From contig JBMNJT010000008.1 of NCBI GenBank assembly GCA_050951805.1, positions 32,001 to 96,000 of the forward strand: a stretch of DNA of 64,000 bases. The letters run 5' to 3'. The notes below the pieces were generated by a model that worked only from the letters and a program-made list of their open reading frames with translations, made no database searches and was not told the DNA's origin. The position numbers were made by a program, and so were the translations under genes. This DNA comes from Bacillota bacterium (GTDB lineage Bacteria; Bacillota; DTU025). Positions 1 to 10,307 of the stretch are shown here, one piece after another; position 1 is the first letter of the stretch, and the number at the start of each line of letters is the position of its first letter.

Positions 1-4
1 CCAG

Positions 5-973
5 TTGGCTTCCGCTCATTGGGATCTCGCCTGCCTTCGGGCAGGCTTTTGCAATATTCCATCGATATGGCCGTACATGGGCGTGGGCGTAATCCCCTCA
101 GCATACGGTTGCGAGATAAGGATAACTCCCGGAGAAGACCCGTGGACCATCCCTATCACAGATGACCCCGACGATGTGTATCGGCTGAAAAAGCCTGACC
201 TGGCGCGATCGGGACTTGCCGCCAAGGTGCTCGATAGGATCGGCTATTTCTCCGAGATGACCGGGGGCACTGTGCCGATTAGGCTCACAGACGTGCAATC
301 TCCTATGGATACTGCGACTCAGATCCTAAATTACGAGGAACTGCTAATAGCGATGTACACCGCTCCTGATGCAGTTCACTTCCTTCTCGAAATGGTGACC
401 GATTCACTGATCGAGTTCGTCCGGATGCAGGAAGCGAGGGCGGTCAATTTCTTCGGCCATACCCATGTCAACCTTTGGCGGCCACGAGGCATCTATGTGA
501 GCGACGACGTGACAGCCGTGGTATCGCCCCAGCATTACCGCGAGTTCATGAAAGCCCCTAACGAGCGTCTCTCCCGCGCTTTCGGAGGCATATCCATCCA
601 TTGCTGCAGGGGGTACGAGCAAAATCTCATGGAAGTGGCGAACCTCGAGGGCTTCATGAGCTTTGACGCTGATAGCCACTACAACAGCATCGATTCCATA
701 GGAAGCGCTCTGACTGCTGTGGACGGCTGCCCAAATTGGGGCGGGGCGGGCGAGGAAAAGCCGTTGCGTGAAGACGAGAGGCGATCCAGGGGCATTTGGC
801 ATGCTTGGGCAGAGAATGCAGATGAAGCCATCTACAGGGTCCGGGCTGCCCGGCGCTGGGGATTCGGGATAATTCTCATGCTCAAGTGCGGCGGCGTGGC
901 GGAAGGCGTGGAGGCTGCCAGGGAGATTCATCGGGCCACAGAGGGAGGAGTGTGGTTGACTGATGAGGATTGA
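5..973 (+). CDS. Uroporphyrinogen decarboxylase (UroD/MtaA-CmuA)-like family protein, probably 5'-truncated by the window
   Basis: Family-like segments DVQSPMDTATQI, PDAVHFLLEMVTD, SDD...VSPQHYREF and IHCC. Confidence 0.7.
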   Translation: MASAHWDLACLRAGFCNIPSIWPYMGVGVIPSAYGCEIRITPGEDPWTIPITDDPDDVYRLKKPDLARSGLAAKVLDRIGYFSEMTGGTVPIRLTDVQSPMDTATQILNYEELLIAMYTAPDAVHFLLEMVTDSLIEFVRMQEARAVNFFGHTHVNLWRPRGIYVSDDVTAVVSPQHYREFMKAPNERLSRAFGGISIHCCRGYEQNLMEVANLEGFMSFDADSHYNSIDSIGSALTAVDGCPNWGGAGEEKPLREDERRSRGIWHAWAENADEAIYRVRAARRWGFGIILMLKCGGVAEGVEAAREIHRATEGGVWLTDED

Positions 974-980
974 CCCCCTT

Positions 981-1114
981 TGTTTGGGGCAGCGTCGGCC
1001 GAGCCTGTATTCTAGCTCGTTGATCTAAGGATCTGTTTGCATGGGCGCGTCCAGTCTTCGGAGGCAGTGGGCAAGATGCAAGATCGAGCAGAGCGAGGCA
1101 TGCTGCCCCAAACA
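981..1114. other. 134-bp rod-like inverted-repeat element (structured RNA or MITE candidate)
   Basis: 13-bp terminal inverted repeat TGTTTGGGGCAGC/GCTGCCCCAAACA with nested stems GCTCG..ATCT/AGATCGAGC and TTGCAT/ATGCAA. Confidence 0.4.
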
Positions 1115-1690
1115 CTCAAAATGGGCGGCTATCGCCATATCAAGAACTCGTCAGATGGGCCGTAAAGCCCTTGGCTTGGGTTCGTATTCGGATACCAGAG
1201 AATGTCGAATCATGAAGATGCGGGCAGGGCTTGTGGAATCCCCTTTCGCAGGGAGAAGGTAAACCTTCGAGGTGGCTATGGCAGCAAGATCCTAGCCAGC
1301 GACCGGCTAAGATGACATAGAGGTCCCGGCAAACTGGCAGCTTCACGTGTGCGATGCGCCTATTTGCACCAACCCTTTCAAGAACAATCCCCTTCTGTCT
1401 CGGCTGAGTCGGATTGCCATGTTAAGGCCGCAAAGAGGGCCTTCTGGCGGGCATAGTGCATATACATGGAAAACACAGCACAGACTGGCAAGGACTTTGT
1501 TAGCGACCTATGCAAATCTCCGGGCGATACGGGAGAGATGGTCCATCGCGTTCGCAGAAGTGATTATTGTTAATGTGCAGGAATTCTATGACTGGCATAG
1601 AACTATACTGCTAAAAGAGGATTATACAAGCTTCGAATGGTCTCGGAAATTACCGGAAACAAGGGATGAGCAAACGGAATTGATTGTGAT

Positions 1691-1712
1691 CTTTGTTTAG
1701 AAGCTAAATTAT
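1691..1712. promoter_or_regulatory. Putative ROK (XylR-type) operator upstream of the gal/ABC operon
   Basis: CTTTGTTTAGAAGCTAAATTAT; its first 12 bp are identical to 10308-10319 upstream of the ROK gene; overlaps a TATAGT -10-like hexamer. Confidence 0.5.
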
Positions 1713-1741
1713 AGTGAAGATTTCATGAGGGAGCACGGACA

Positions 1742-1948
1742 ATGATTAAGAAGAAAATACGCAAGGATGACGGCAGATATCTCATATATTACTCGTTCCC
1801 CCTAAACGACGGGAAAGGCGGGGATGAGTATCTAGCTATTCGGGGAGATGATGAGGGAGGGGTGACGGACAGTGTCGGAGATGCGGTGGAACCCTGTGCT
1901 CAAGCAATGGGTCATAACTGCAACCCACAGGCAGGAAAGGACGTATAA
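1742..1948 (+). CDS. Small hypothetical protein upstream of and overlapping galT
   Basis: AGGGAG ribosome-binding site, ATG start, N-terminus MIKKKIRKDDGRYLIYYSF. Confidence 0.45.
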   Translation: MIKKKIRKDDGRYLIYYSFPLNDGKGGDEYLAIRGDDEGGVTDSVGDAVEPCAQAMGHNCNPQAGKDV

Positions 1949-2930
1949 GCCTCCCGAAGACTTCTGTCCGTTGTGCCCTACACGGGATACATCATTTCCA
2001 ACGGAAGTGCCTGATTATAGCTACGAGATTGTGGTTTTTGAAAACAAGTTCCCTTCTTTCCGGCATGTTCCGCCTGAACCGGCAGTGGAAGGCACCGGCG
2101 TCCTCAGAGTCCAACCCGCACAGGGCATTTGCGAAGTAGTCCTCTACACAGACGAACATCACACCACATTTGCAGACCTCGATATTGACCACATCACAAA
2201 CCTTATTGCAGTATGGACAGACCGATATAGCGAGCTCGGATCGATCGATTACGTAGATTATGTCCTCATATTCGAGAACAAGGGGGATGCTGTAGGAGTG
2301 ACCCTCCATCATCCCCATGGGCAGATCTATGCGTTCCCATATATCCCGCCGATACCTGCGAAAGAGCTCGAGTCGGCCGAAGAGTACCGCGACGCTACCG
2401 GAAGGTGCCTTTTTTGCGACATTCTTGAGCAGGAGCTTGATGACGGGAGGCGGGTGATCGCCGGCAACTCGCATTTCGCGGCTGTCGTGCCTTTCTACGC
2501 CCGATATCCATATGAGGTCCACGTTACATCGAAAAGCCACAGGTCATGCTTGCCCGATCTTGACGGCGATGAGAGGAGATCGCTTGCTGAAATCTTGAAA
2601 TCAGTGACGCGCGGTTACGATCACCTCTTTGGATTCTCCCTTCCTTACATGATGATCATGCACCAAGCTCCGACCGCGAAAGGCGACTGGAGCCATTGCC
2701 ATTTCCATATAGAGTTCTACCCCCTTCATCGAACTGCCACGAAAATCAAATACCTGGCGGGTTGCGAGTCGGGAGGGGGCACTTTCATAAACGACACGCT
2801 TCCAGAGGAGACAGCTGAAGAACTGCGTACAGCTATCGAACGCGCAACTTCTGCTGATGCGGCTTTGGCCTGTTCTTGTGAAACGACGGAAGGAGGCGTC
2901 AGAGGGGGCAGAGCTGGTGGCGGTAGATAG
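1872..2930 (+). CDS. galT: Galactose-1-phosphate uridylyltransferase
   Basis: MRWNPV..WV, CPLCP, FENKFP, FENKG and catalytic HPHGQ. Confidence 0.95.
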   Translation: MSEMRWNPVLKQWVITATHRQERTYKPPEDFCPLCPTRDTSFPTEVPDYSYEIVVFENKFPSFRHVPPEPAVEGTGVLRVQPAQGICEVVLYTDEHHTTFADLDIDHITNLIAVWTDRYSELGSIDYVDYVLIFENKGDAVGVTLHHPHGQIYAFPYIPPIPAKELESAEEYRDATGRCLFCDILEQELDDGRRVIAGNSHFAAVVPFYARYPYEVHVTSKSHRSCLPDLDGDERRSLAEILKSVTRGYDHLFGFSLPYMMIMHQAPTAKGDWSHCHFHIEFYPLHRTATKIKYLAGCESGGGTFINDTLPEETAEELRTAIERATSADAALACSCETTEGGVRGGRAGGGR

Positions 2931-4185
2931 CGGGTGGCTTCTTGACCAGTTCCGACAAGAGTTCGGTGAGTTTGCAGACGGCGAGGTTCGTATCGCCCGG
3001 GCGCCTGGAAGGGTAAACCTCATCGGTGAACATACTGATTATTCAGGCGGATTTGTGTTACCCGTGGCCATAGGACACGATGTCGCCATCGCGTTCAGTG
3101 CGCGCACCGACAGGAATGTGAGCCTCTATTCGTGTGATTATCATCAAAGGACCCAGTTTTCGCTGGACGAAATCCTTCCTTCGGCAGATGCCGGGTGGAG
3201 CAACTACTTCCGAGGGGTAGCATGGGCTCTTGAGGGATGCGAATACAAGGGAAAAGTGGAACTGAAGTTCTCGGGCAACGAGGGCGAGCTCAGGCTTTGC
3301 GGACTTGATGCAGTCATATCAGGCGATGTGCCCGAAGGGGCGGGGCTCAGTTCATCGGCGGCTTTCGAGGTGGCTTCCGCCATTTCCCTTCTTGCTGCGG
3401 CAGGAATCGATGTTGCCCTTATAAACGCTACCCAATCCCGATGCGGACTCGAGCTTAGGCGTTGGATAGCCTTGGCCTGCCAGCACGCTGAAAACAGCTT
3501 TGTAGGGGTTAACTGCGGAATCATGGACCAGATGGCATCCTGCATGGGACGGGCGGATCACGCAGTCTACTTGGATTGCAGAAACCTCCGGCATGAAGAG
3601 GTAGAACTGGGGCTCGGCCGGGCCGAGGCGGCGCTGGTAATCTACGACACGGGCATAAGGCGCGGGCTCGTCGACTCAGAGTACAATCACCGGAGGCAAG
3701 AGGTAGAGCTGGGCACAAGGATGATATCGGGGGCATTGAGGCGCGACGACATCCGGACCCTTCGAGATATCGACATTGCCCTATTTGACGAGATAAAGGG
3801 GATTCTCCCCTCTACAGTGGCCCGCCGCTGCGAACACGTGATAGCCGAGAACGAGAGAGTTCAAGGCGGCGTGGAGGCGCTAAAACGGGGTGATCTTGGA
3901 GCTTTCGGAGATTTGATGTGGCAGTCTCACGAGAGTCTGAGGGATTTGTATGGGGTTAGCTGTCCCGAACTGGACATGGCGGTTGAAATTGCCTGGAAGA
4001 CCGATGGAGTCCTCGGAGCGCGAATGACCGGGGCCGGCTTTGGAGGATGCACTGTGAGTCTCGTGCACTTGGAAGCCTTGCCTCACCTGATGGAAGCGCT
4101 TCCTGACGCTCCGATGCGTTACGGGGCCGTGCAACCCAAAACATTTGTAGTGGATGTGGTGGATGGGGCAAGGATCGAGGAATGA
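2917..4185 (+). CDS. galK: Galactokinase
   Basis: APGRVNLIGEHTDY, PEGAGLSSSAA, CGIMDQ, GARMTGAGFGG; start inferred at GTG 2917. Confidence 0.95.
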   Translation: MAVDSGWLLDQFRQEFGEFADGEVRIARAPGRVNLIGEHTDYSGGFVLPVAIGHDVAIAFSARTDRNVSLYSCDYHQRTQFSLDEILPSADAGWSNYFRGVAWALEGCEYKGKVELKFSGNEGELRLCGLDAVISGDVPEGAGLSSSAAFEVASAISLLAAAGIDVALINATQSRCGLELRRWIALACQHAENSFVGVNCGIMDQMASCMGRADHAVYLDCRNLRHEEVELGLGRAEAALVIYDTGIRRGLVDSEYNHRRQEVELGTRMISGALRRDDIRTLRDIDIALFDEIKGILPSTVARRCEHVIAENERVQGGVEALKRGDLGAFGDLMWQSHESLRDLYGVSCPELDMAVEIAWKTDGVLGARMTGAGFGGCTVSLVHLEALPHLMEALPDAPMRYGAVQPKTFVVDVVDGARIEE

Positions 4186-4297
4186 CTGGATCTGTCATGG
4201 AGGTGGTGCCGGGAGGGTACGTGCGTTATTGATGATAATGCGGCGTTTGGTGTAGTTGGATTTGCCAGCTGTATCAATTAAAGACGGAGGGATATGA

Positions 4298-5557
4298 ATG
4301 AGGACATCAAGATGGTTCAAGCTTGCTGCGATGTGCGCGGCGATCGTTCTGATGTTTTCCTCAGCCGCAGATGCGGCCGTCCGTGGGAAACTCGAGATCT
4401 TCTCATGGTGGGCTGGAGACGAAGGCCCTGCTCTTGAAGCGCTGATAAGCAAGTATGAGAAGATGTATCCGGGAGCGACTGTCATCAACTCCACGGTGAC
4501 CGGGGGATCGGGAGTCAATGCCAAGGCCGTTCTTAAGACCAGGATGCTCGGCGGCGATCCGCCGGATACGTTCCAGGTCCACGCGGGCCAGGAATTGATC
4601 GGCACTTGGGTTGTGGCCAACAGGATGGAGGATCTTACGTGGCTGTATGAGCAGGAGGGCTGGAACAAGGTATTCCCGGCGGACTTGCTCAATCTGCTCA
4701 GCACCGACAAGGGAATATGGTCGGTGCCTGTGAACATCCACCGTTCAAACGTGTTGTACTTCGTTCCCGGCAATCTTGCCAAATGGGGCGTTGGCGTGCC
4801 AAATACATGGGATGAGTTCTTGGAGATCGCGCCAAAGCTCAAGGCAAAAGGAGTTATTCCGCTGTCAGTGGGCGAGAACTGGACCGCCACTCACCTGTGG
4901 GAAAGTGTAGCCCTCTCGGTGCTAGGCCCTGTCAAATGGGAGCAGCTGTGGAACGGCAAACTCTCCTGGCGAAGCCCTGAAGTCATCCGGGTGTGGGAAC
5001 TGTTCGGCGAAATCTTGAAGTACACTAATACCGATGCGCCATCCCTCTCATGGCAGCAGGCCACTGATATGGTGGTCAAGGGTGAGGCCGCGTTCAACAT
5101 CATGGGAGACTGGGCTTCGGGATACATGACAACTACCCTCAAGCTCAAACCCGGAACCGGGTTTGGGTGGGCGGCATCCCCGGGCACCAAGGGCATATTC
5201 ATGATGCTCTCTGATTCGTTTGGCCTCCCGGTCGGTTGCAAGAACAAGGAGAATGCGATTGCATGGCTGAAGATGCTCGGAAGCCGTGACGGGCAGGACA
5301 CCTTCAACCCGCTTAAGGGCTCGATCAGTGCCAGAACCGACTCGGATCTGACGAAATACGATGCATATCTGCAAAGCGCTGCGCGCGACTGGAGGACGAA
5401 TAAGATCGTCGGCTCTTTGGCTCACGGAGTCGTGGCCAATGAGAGGTTCATGAATGACTTTGCCACGGTCATGGACATCTTCCTGAGCACGAAGAACGCT
5501 CAGGCTGCAGCAAACGCTGCCCAGGCAGTGGCGATTCAGGCCGGAATAGGGAAGTAG
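4298..5557 (+). CDS. Carbohydrate ABC transporter substrate-binding protein (glucose/galactose-binding type)
   Basis: Signal peptide, [31 protein letters not shown]. Confidence 0.9.
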   Translation: MRTSRWFKLAAMCAAIVLMFSSAADAAVRGKLEIFSWWAGDEGPALEALISKYEKMYPGATVINSTVTGGSGVNAKAVLKTRMLGGDPPDTFQVHAGQELIGTWVVANRMEDLTWLYEQEGWNKVFPADLLNLLSTDKGIWSVPVNIHRSNVLYFVPGNLAKWGVGVPNTWDEFLEIAPKLKAKGVIPLSVGENWTATHLWESVALSVLGPVKWEQLWNGKLSWRSPEVIRVWELFGEILKYTNTDAPSLSWQQATDMVVKGEAAFNIMGDWASGYMTTTLKLKPGTGFGWAASPGTKGIFMMLSDSFGLPVGCKNKENAIAWLKMLGSRDGQDTFNPLKGSISARTDSDLTKYDAYLQSAARDWRTNKIVGSLAHGVVANERFMNDFATVMDIFLSTKNAQAAANAAQAVAIQAGIGK

Positions 5558-5579
5558 GAAGGTTGTTCTACATAGAACG

Positions 5580-5619
5580 GGCGCAAGGCCCGCCGCCTGA
5601 GGGCGACGGGCCCTGCGCC
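5580..5619 (+). promoter_or_regulatory. Intercistronic stem-loop between binding-protein and permease genes (mRNA stabiliser or attenuator)
   Basis: GGCGCAAGGCCCGCCGCC...GGCGACGGGCCCTGCGCC with no U-tract. Confidence 0.55.
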
Positions 5620-5635
5620 TGCAAGAAGAAGGACG

Positions 5636-6757
5636 GTGAAGGGCATGCAATCACGAAGAGACCAGTTGACGGCGGCCCTCATTATCCTGCCGTCTATAGT
5701 GCTCTTGGCAGTATTTGTGTACGGATTCATAGCTCAGACTGTGCGCGTGTCGATGACGGATTGGGGCCAGGAAGCGGCGATGTCGCTGGATCCTGAGATC
5801 CATCACGTGGGACTGGCGAACTATCGCGAGCTGTTCGGGGGCTTTTTGAACATGCGGTTCAGGCAGGACATTACAAACATGTTCTTCTTCACATTGCTCT
5901 TCGTTAGCCTGTCCTTGCTTGTGGGATTGCTTTTGGCTACGCTTATCGATCAGCTCATCTGGGGTGAGGCGTTCTTCCGAACGGTTTTCCTGTACCCGAT
6001 GTCATTGTCGCTGGTGGTTACGGGGACGATCTGGCGCTGGCTGCTCCAGCCGAGAGGGGGCATAAATGTGTTGCCTACCTTGATCGGATTGCCCGCAGGC
6101 GACTTTCTATGGCTTTCCAGCCGCGAGCAGATCCTTATCTTCGATTGGTCCCACATTTTCCACTACATCTGCATAGCGGCCGCGGTTGTTCTGGCGGTAT
6201 TCGCTTACGGGCACTGGCGCCGTGGAGAACGAAAAGAGCTCCGCGCGAAGTCCATCATATGTGCCGTGCTCATCGGGATTTCGGCAAGCGGGATTCTGAC
6301 CCGGGTCAAGCTCCTGGATTATCCCGAGGCACACGGTTTCAACAGGGCGCTTTGGGGTGTTATCGTCGCTGCTGTATGGCAGATGTCAGGCTATACAATG
6401 GCGTTGTATCTTGCCGGGCTCCGCACTATACCTGACGAGCTTCGCGAAGCGGCCCGGGTTGACGGAGCAAGCAAGTTCCAGATTTACAGGCACGTGGATT
6501 TGCCGCTGCTCAAGCCGATCACCGTAAGCGCCATAGTCATTCTAGGACACATAGCTCTGAAGATTTTCGATTTGATCTTCTCCATGGCAGGCCCCGATCA
6601 TGTGCCGACGTCTGTGCCTGCGATAACCATGTTCCTTAAGACTTTCCGCGGGAACGAGCTTGCTGTCGGTTCCGCTATCGGAGTGATCCTGTTGATTCTC
6701 GTTTCCTTGCTGATCATTCCTTATCTGGTCAATTCATTCAAGACGGGAAAGGAGTGA
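5636..6757 (+). CDS. Sugar ABC transporter permease
   Basis: Multiple transmembrane segments; EAA loop ELREAARVDGAS. Confidence 0.9.
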   Translation: MKGMQSRRDQLTAALIILPSIVLLAVFVYGFIAQTVRVSMTDWGQEAAMSLDPEIHHVGLANYRELFGGFLNMRFRQDITNMFFFTLLFVSLSLLVGLLLATLIDQLIWGEAFFRTVFLYPMSLSLVVTGTIWRWLLQPRGGINVLPTLIGLPAGDFLWLSSREQILIFDWSHIFHYICIAAAVVLAVFAYGHWRRGERKELRAKSIICAVLIGISASGILTRVKLLDYPEAHGFNRALWGVIVAAVWQMSGYTMALYLAGLRTIPDELREAARVDGASKFQIYRHVDLPLLKPITVSAIVILGHIALKIFDLIFSMAGPDHVPTSVPAITMFLKTFRGNELAVGSAIGVILLILVSLLIIPYLVNSFKTGKE

Positions 6758-6763
6758 TAAGCG

Positions 6764-7585
6764 ATGAAACCCAAGGGAGCGTCGAAAATACTAGTGCAGG
6801 TTCTCGCGGTTCTTCTGGCGATTGCTTATCTGATCCCCGTCTACATGACGGTAGTCACAAGCCTGAAAGCGCCTGAGGAGATAAACTTGATGACTGCATG
6901 GGAGCTCCCGTCGAAGCCCAACTGGGAGAGCTACTCCACAGCATTTAAGCAGTTCGCCCCTTATCTCAAAAACAGTTTCATCCTCGCCATTTCTGCAACG
7001 CTGATTTCAGCTGTCATGGGTTCTCTCAACGGTTATGTGCTATGCAAGTATCCGATTCCGGGGACCAATATCATAATGCCGCTGATAGTGTTCGGCATGT
7101 TCATTCCTTATCAGAGCATACTTGTGCCCCTCTTTCAGTTCATGCAGAAGACGAAACTGTACGGGGGGCTACCAGGCTTGATACTAGTGCATGTAGTCTA
7201 TGGTCTTCCCATTACTACCCTGCTTTTTAGGAGCTTCTACGAAGAGATCCCTGACGAACTGCTGGGCGCAGCCAGCATAGATGGGGCGGACTTCTTCGGG
7301 ATCTTCAGATACTTGATAATGCCGCTCTCTGGCCCGCCGTTTCTCGTCGTTTGCATCTGGCAGTTTACGCAGATATGGAACGAGTTTCTATTCGCTGTGA
7401 CCTTGGCGCGCCCGGATGCACAGCCCATAACGGTGGCTCTGGCGAATCTAGCTGGCGGTCAGGCTGTGTCGTGGAACCTGCCTATGGCTGGATCGATCCT
7501 TGCTGCGCTTCCAACGGTGCTCATCTATGTTCTGCTCGGCCGATATTTCGTCCGAGGATTGCTTGCGGGAGCCTTGAAGGGATGA
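6764..7585 (+). CDS. Sugar ABC transporter permease
   Basis: Transmembrane segments; IPDELLGAASIDGA; IWNEFL. Confidence 0.9.
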   Translation: MKPKGASKILVQVLAVLLAIAYLIPVYMTVVTSLKAPEEINLMTAWELPSKPNWESYSTAFKQFAPYLKNSFILAISATLISAVMGSLNGYVLCKYPIPGTNIIMPLIVFGMFIPYQSILVPLFQFMQKTKLYGGLPGLILVHVVYGLPITTLLFRSFYEEIPDELLGAASIDGADFFGIFRYLIMPLSGPPFLVVCIWQFTQIWNEFLFAVTLARPDAQPITVALANLAGGQAVSWNLPMAGSILAALPTVLIYVLLGRYFVRGLLAGALKG

Positions 7586-8769
7586 GCGAGATGACGGAGT
7601 GCATGGGGGATGAGGTCGTGGGTGGTGAAATAAAGGTCAAACTTGCTCGAGCCAGGAAGTACATGTGTGAACGCGGACTCGATGTGATGATTTTGCGGCG
7701 CTTCGACAATTTCGCGTGGATAACCGCTGGGGGAGACAACAGGTGTGCGGGAGCAACGGACATCGGGGTAGCGTCTGTCCTCATCACCCATGACGACCAA
7801 TGGGTGTTGACGTCGAACGTTGAAACAAGGCGATTTTGCGAGGAAGCGCTCGCCCATATTTGGGCAGAAGGCATTTTCCGCATGCGTGAGCATCCGTGGT
7901 ACGGCGAGGCGGAAGCCCTAGGTGAGGCCGCAAAGGGCTTTGTAGATGGGACCAGTCTGCTCAGTTACGGTGGCCGTGTCGGGGCGGATGTTCCTCTTGC
8001 CGGCGCCGAGTTTGTAGGCCCTGAGCTCGTGCAGCTGCGTTATCCTTTTACAAAAGGCGAAGCCGATAGGTACGTGAAGGTGGCGCATGGTGTGGCAGAA
8101 GTGGTGGAGCGGGCGGCCAGGGAGGTGCGCAGGGGCCAAACAGAGCGCGAAATAGCAGGCCGAGTGGCGTCGGATCTTTTCGCTTTCGGCTATTTCCCCA
8201 CTGTGTTGCTTGTGGGCGCAGATTGGCGTGTGGAGCGGTACAGGCACCCTCTTCCCACAATGAACCTTGTAGACAAGTATTGTATGATAATCGTTTGCGC
8301 CCATTGTGGCGGCCTGACTGTCGCCCTCACTAGGTCGGTCCATATCGGCGAACCCAGCCCCAAGCTCCGAAGGCGGCACGAGGCTGCGGCAGATGTGTGT
8401 GCTGCTATGAATGCCCGTACGCGGGCAGGCACACGATGGGCGGATGTGATGGAGGCCATGAAGGAGGAATATCGGGCTCAAGGTTTTGAAGATGAGTGGA
8501 AGCGCCATCATCAAGGAGGGCCCATCGGCTATCAGGACAGGGAGTTTTTTGCTATGCCCCAAGAAGTCGGGGGCCCTGATCGTGGCGTAATAATGCCGCT
8601 GCAGGCAGTGGCGTGGAACCCTTCTGTCCCCGGGGCTAAATCGGAGGATTCGTTCCTTGTGATGGAGGACGAGACCAGGGTGGTTACTGTTGGTGAGGGT
8701 TGGTGGCCGATGATTGAGGTGAAAATCGACGGGGTGACGTTGCAGAGGCCTGATATACTCGTGATCTAG
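7582..8769 (+). CDS. M24-fold (Xaa-Pro peptidase/creatinase-like) hydrolase
   Basis: NFAWITAGG, RYRHPLP, HHQGGPIGY..RE, WNPS...KSED; ATGA overlap with the permease stop. Confidence 0.8.
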   Translation: MSEMTECMGDEVVGGEIKVKLARARKYMCERGLDVMILRRFDNFAWITAGGDNRCAGATDIGVASVLITHDDQWVLTSNVETRRFCEEALAHIWAEGIFRMREHPWYGEAEALGEAAKGFVDGTSLLSYGGRVGADVPLAGAEFVGPELVQLRYPFTKGEADRYVKVAHGVAEVVERAAREVRRGQTEREIAGRVASDLFAFGYFPTVLLVGADWRVERYRHPLPTMNLVDKYCMIIVCAHCGGLTVALTRSVHIGEPSPKLRRRHEAAADVCAAMNARTRAGTRWADVMEAMKEEYRAQGFEDEWKRHHQGGPIGYQDREFFAMPQEVGGPDRGVIMPLQAVAWNPSVPGAKSEDSFLVMEDETRVVTVGEGWWPMIEVKIDGVTLQRPDILVI

Positions 8770-8842
8770 GCATAAGGAGTTCAAGCAGAGTGCGCGGATT
8801 GCGGGGGCCGTGTTCCCATACCGTTGACGCATTCCTCCACGT

Positions 8843-10114
8843 TCAGCTGCTTTCCCCCATGAGGTTTGCAACGCTCCCAACCGCCAACATCTCTTCAAAC
8901 ACCAGCGCTGCTGCCCCCACTGAGCTTGCTTCCTCGCCCTGGGCCGAGGGGAGTATGGGGGGCAAGTTGACCATGGCAGTGAATGCGCGTTTTTGTACAG
9001 TGGCCCTAACTTCATCGAAGAGAATGTCTCCTGCCCGGGCGACTCCTCCTCCGATGATGACTATGTCGGGGCTCAGCAGGTTGACGGCGTTAGCTATTCC
9101 GATCCCCAAATACCTGCCCGCCTCCTGAATGAGTCTCGTCGCCAACAGGTCGCCTTGTGCGGCGGCTTGGGAGACGACCTCGGCGGTTATGGCCTCTATC
9201 TTGCCGTCTACGATGTCGCGTATGAGCGTGCTCGACCCGGTAGAAACAGCCCTGATGGCTGCGGCTGCAATGGCGGGTCCGGCGGCCATCGCCTCAAGGC
9301 AGCCGTGGTTGCCGCACGGGCAGACTGGCCCGTTGGGGTCGATGGTCATGTGCCCCAGCTCGCCTGCGCCCCCTTGCTTGCCCCGGTGGATCTCGCCGTT
9401 CATGATGATGCCGGCGCCGATGCCTCTTCCAACGTTTATGCAGAGGATGTTGTCGTGTCCCCGGCCTGCTCCGAACATGGCCTCGCCGATGGCCATCGCG
9501 CGCGCGTCATTCTCCACCCAACACGGGATGGCGAATTCATCTTCAAAGACCTTGACGATGGGAATATCGCTCCAGCCGGGGATGTTGGGCGCAAATACGC
9601 TAATACCGCGCTCAGCATCTATCAGGCCCGGGACAGACAGCCCCAGTCCTGCAATCCTGTCGCGCACATCTTTAACTTGCTCCAATGTTTTATGCGTTGC
9701 TTCAAAGAGGCTGGCCATGATCGAGTCCACACCCTGATGGGCGTCGAGCTCTAGACGCGTCTTGGACACAATATTGCCCTCAAGATCGGTAACGACTGAG
9801 ATTATCTTACTCACTCCGAGATCCACCCCGGCTAGGTAGAATGCCTTGGGGTTGAACTCTACCATCACGGGAGGACGTCCCCCGGTGGACTCGCCATACC
9901 CTGTTTCCTTGGCTATTCCTGCGGTTATGAGAAGGGACACTATGCTTGAAACTGTGGCTGGGGTGAGCTCGGTGATGCGAGCAATGTCGGCGCGGGAGAC
10001 CGACGGGTTTTCTCTGAGAACTTTTAGGACTGCAAGGAGGTTAATGCTCTTAAGTATCCGCGTATCGCTGGCTTTGACGCCGCTAAAGCACGAACTGTAG
10101 CCGGATTGTCCCAT
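8843..10114 (-). CDS. ROK family transcriptional repressor (XylR/NagC-like)
   Basis: N-terminal HTH (SRADIARITELT, GGRPP); ENDARA; GELGH; CPCGNHGCLE. Confidence 0.92.
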   Translation of the reverse strand: MGQSGYSSCFSGVKASDTRILKSINLLAVLKVLRENPSVSRADIARITELTPATVSSIVSLLITAGIAKETGYGESTGGRPPVMVEFNPKAFYLAGVDLGVSKIISVVTDLEGNIVSKTRLELDAHQGVDSIMASLFEATHKTLEQVKDVRDRIAGLGLSVPGLIDAERGISVFAPNIPGWSDIPIVKVFEDEFAIPCWVENDARAMAIGEAMFGAGRGHDNILCINVGRGIGAGIIMNGEIHRGKQGGAGELGHMTIDPNGPVCPCGNHGCLEAMAAGPAIAAAAIRAVSTGSSTLIRDIVDGKIEAITAEVVSQAAAQGDLLATRLIQEAGRYLGIGIANAVNLLSPDIVIIGGGVARAGDILFDEVRATVQKRAFTAMVNLPPILPSAQGEEASSVGAAALVFEEMLAVGSVANLMGESS

Positions 10115-10156
10115 AGCCCATCGTCCACCTTTACTCTTGTGCTCTGAATCATGCTA

Positions 10157-10179
10157 AAATCTTTGCGTGTTAAACAATG
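10157..10179 (-). promoter_or_regulatory. Putative ROK operator (autoregulation)
   Basis: Minus strand reads TTGTTTAACACGCAAAGAT, fitting the TTGTTTA-N6-RAA pattern of the other two sites. Confidence 0.35.
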
Positions 10180-10307
10180 GTAGGCGTAAAAACCAGACCC
10201 GAAATTCTCCAAGCAATAGTATAACACAGATGATGACGAGGAGAAGCGGGTTTTGCCGAGCTCTTACTCAGGGTGCTATTCTCCGCGTTTTGGGACAATC
10301 CTTCAAA

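Noticed and set aside
1584-1602. Palindrome TTCTATG-N5-CATAGAA as a separate operator
   Set aside because: Single occurrence with no supporting second site.
7918-9754. Long antisense or alternate-frame ORFs (7918-9015, 8993-9754; also 13959-14972)
   Set aside because: Shadow ORFs of well-supported genes in GC-rich DNA.
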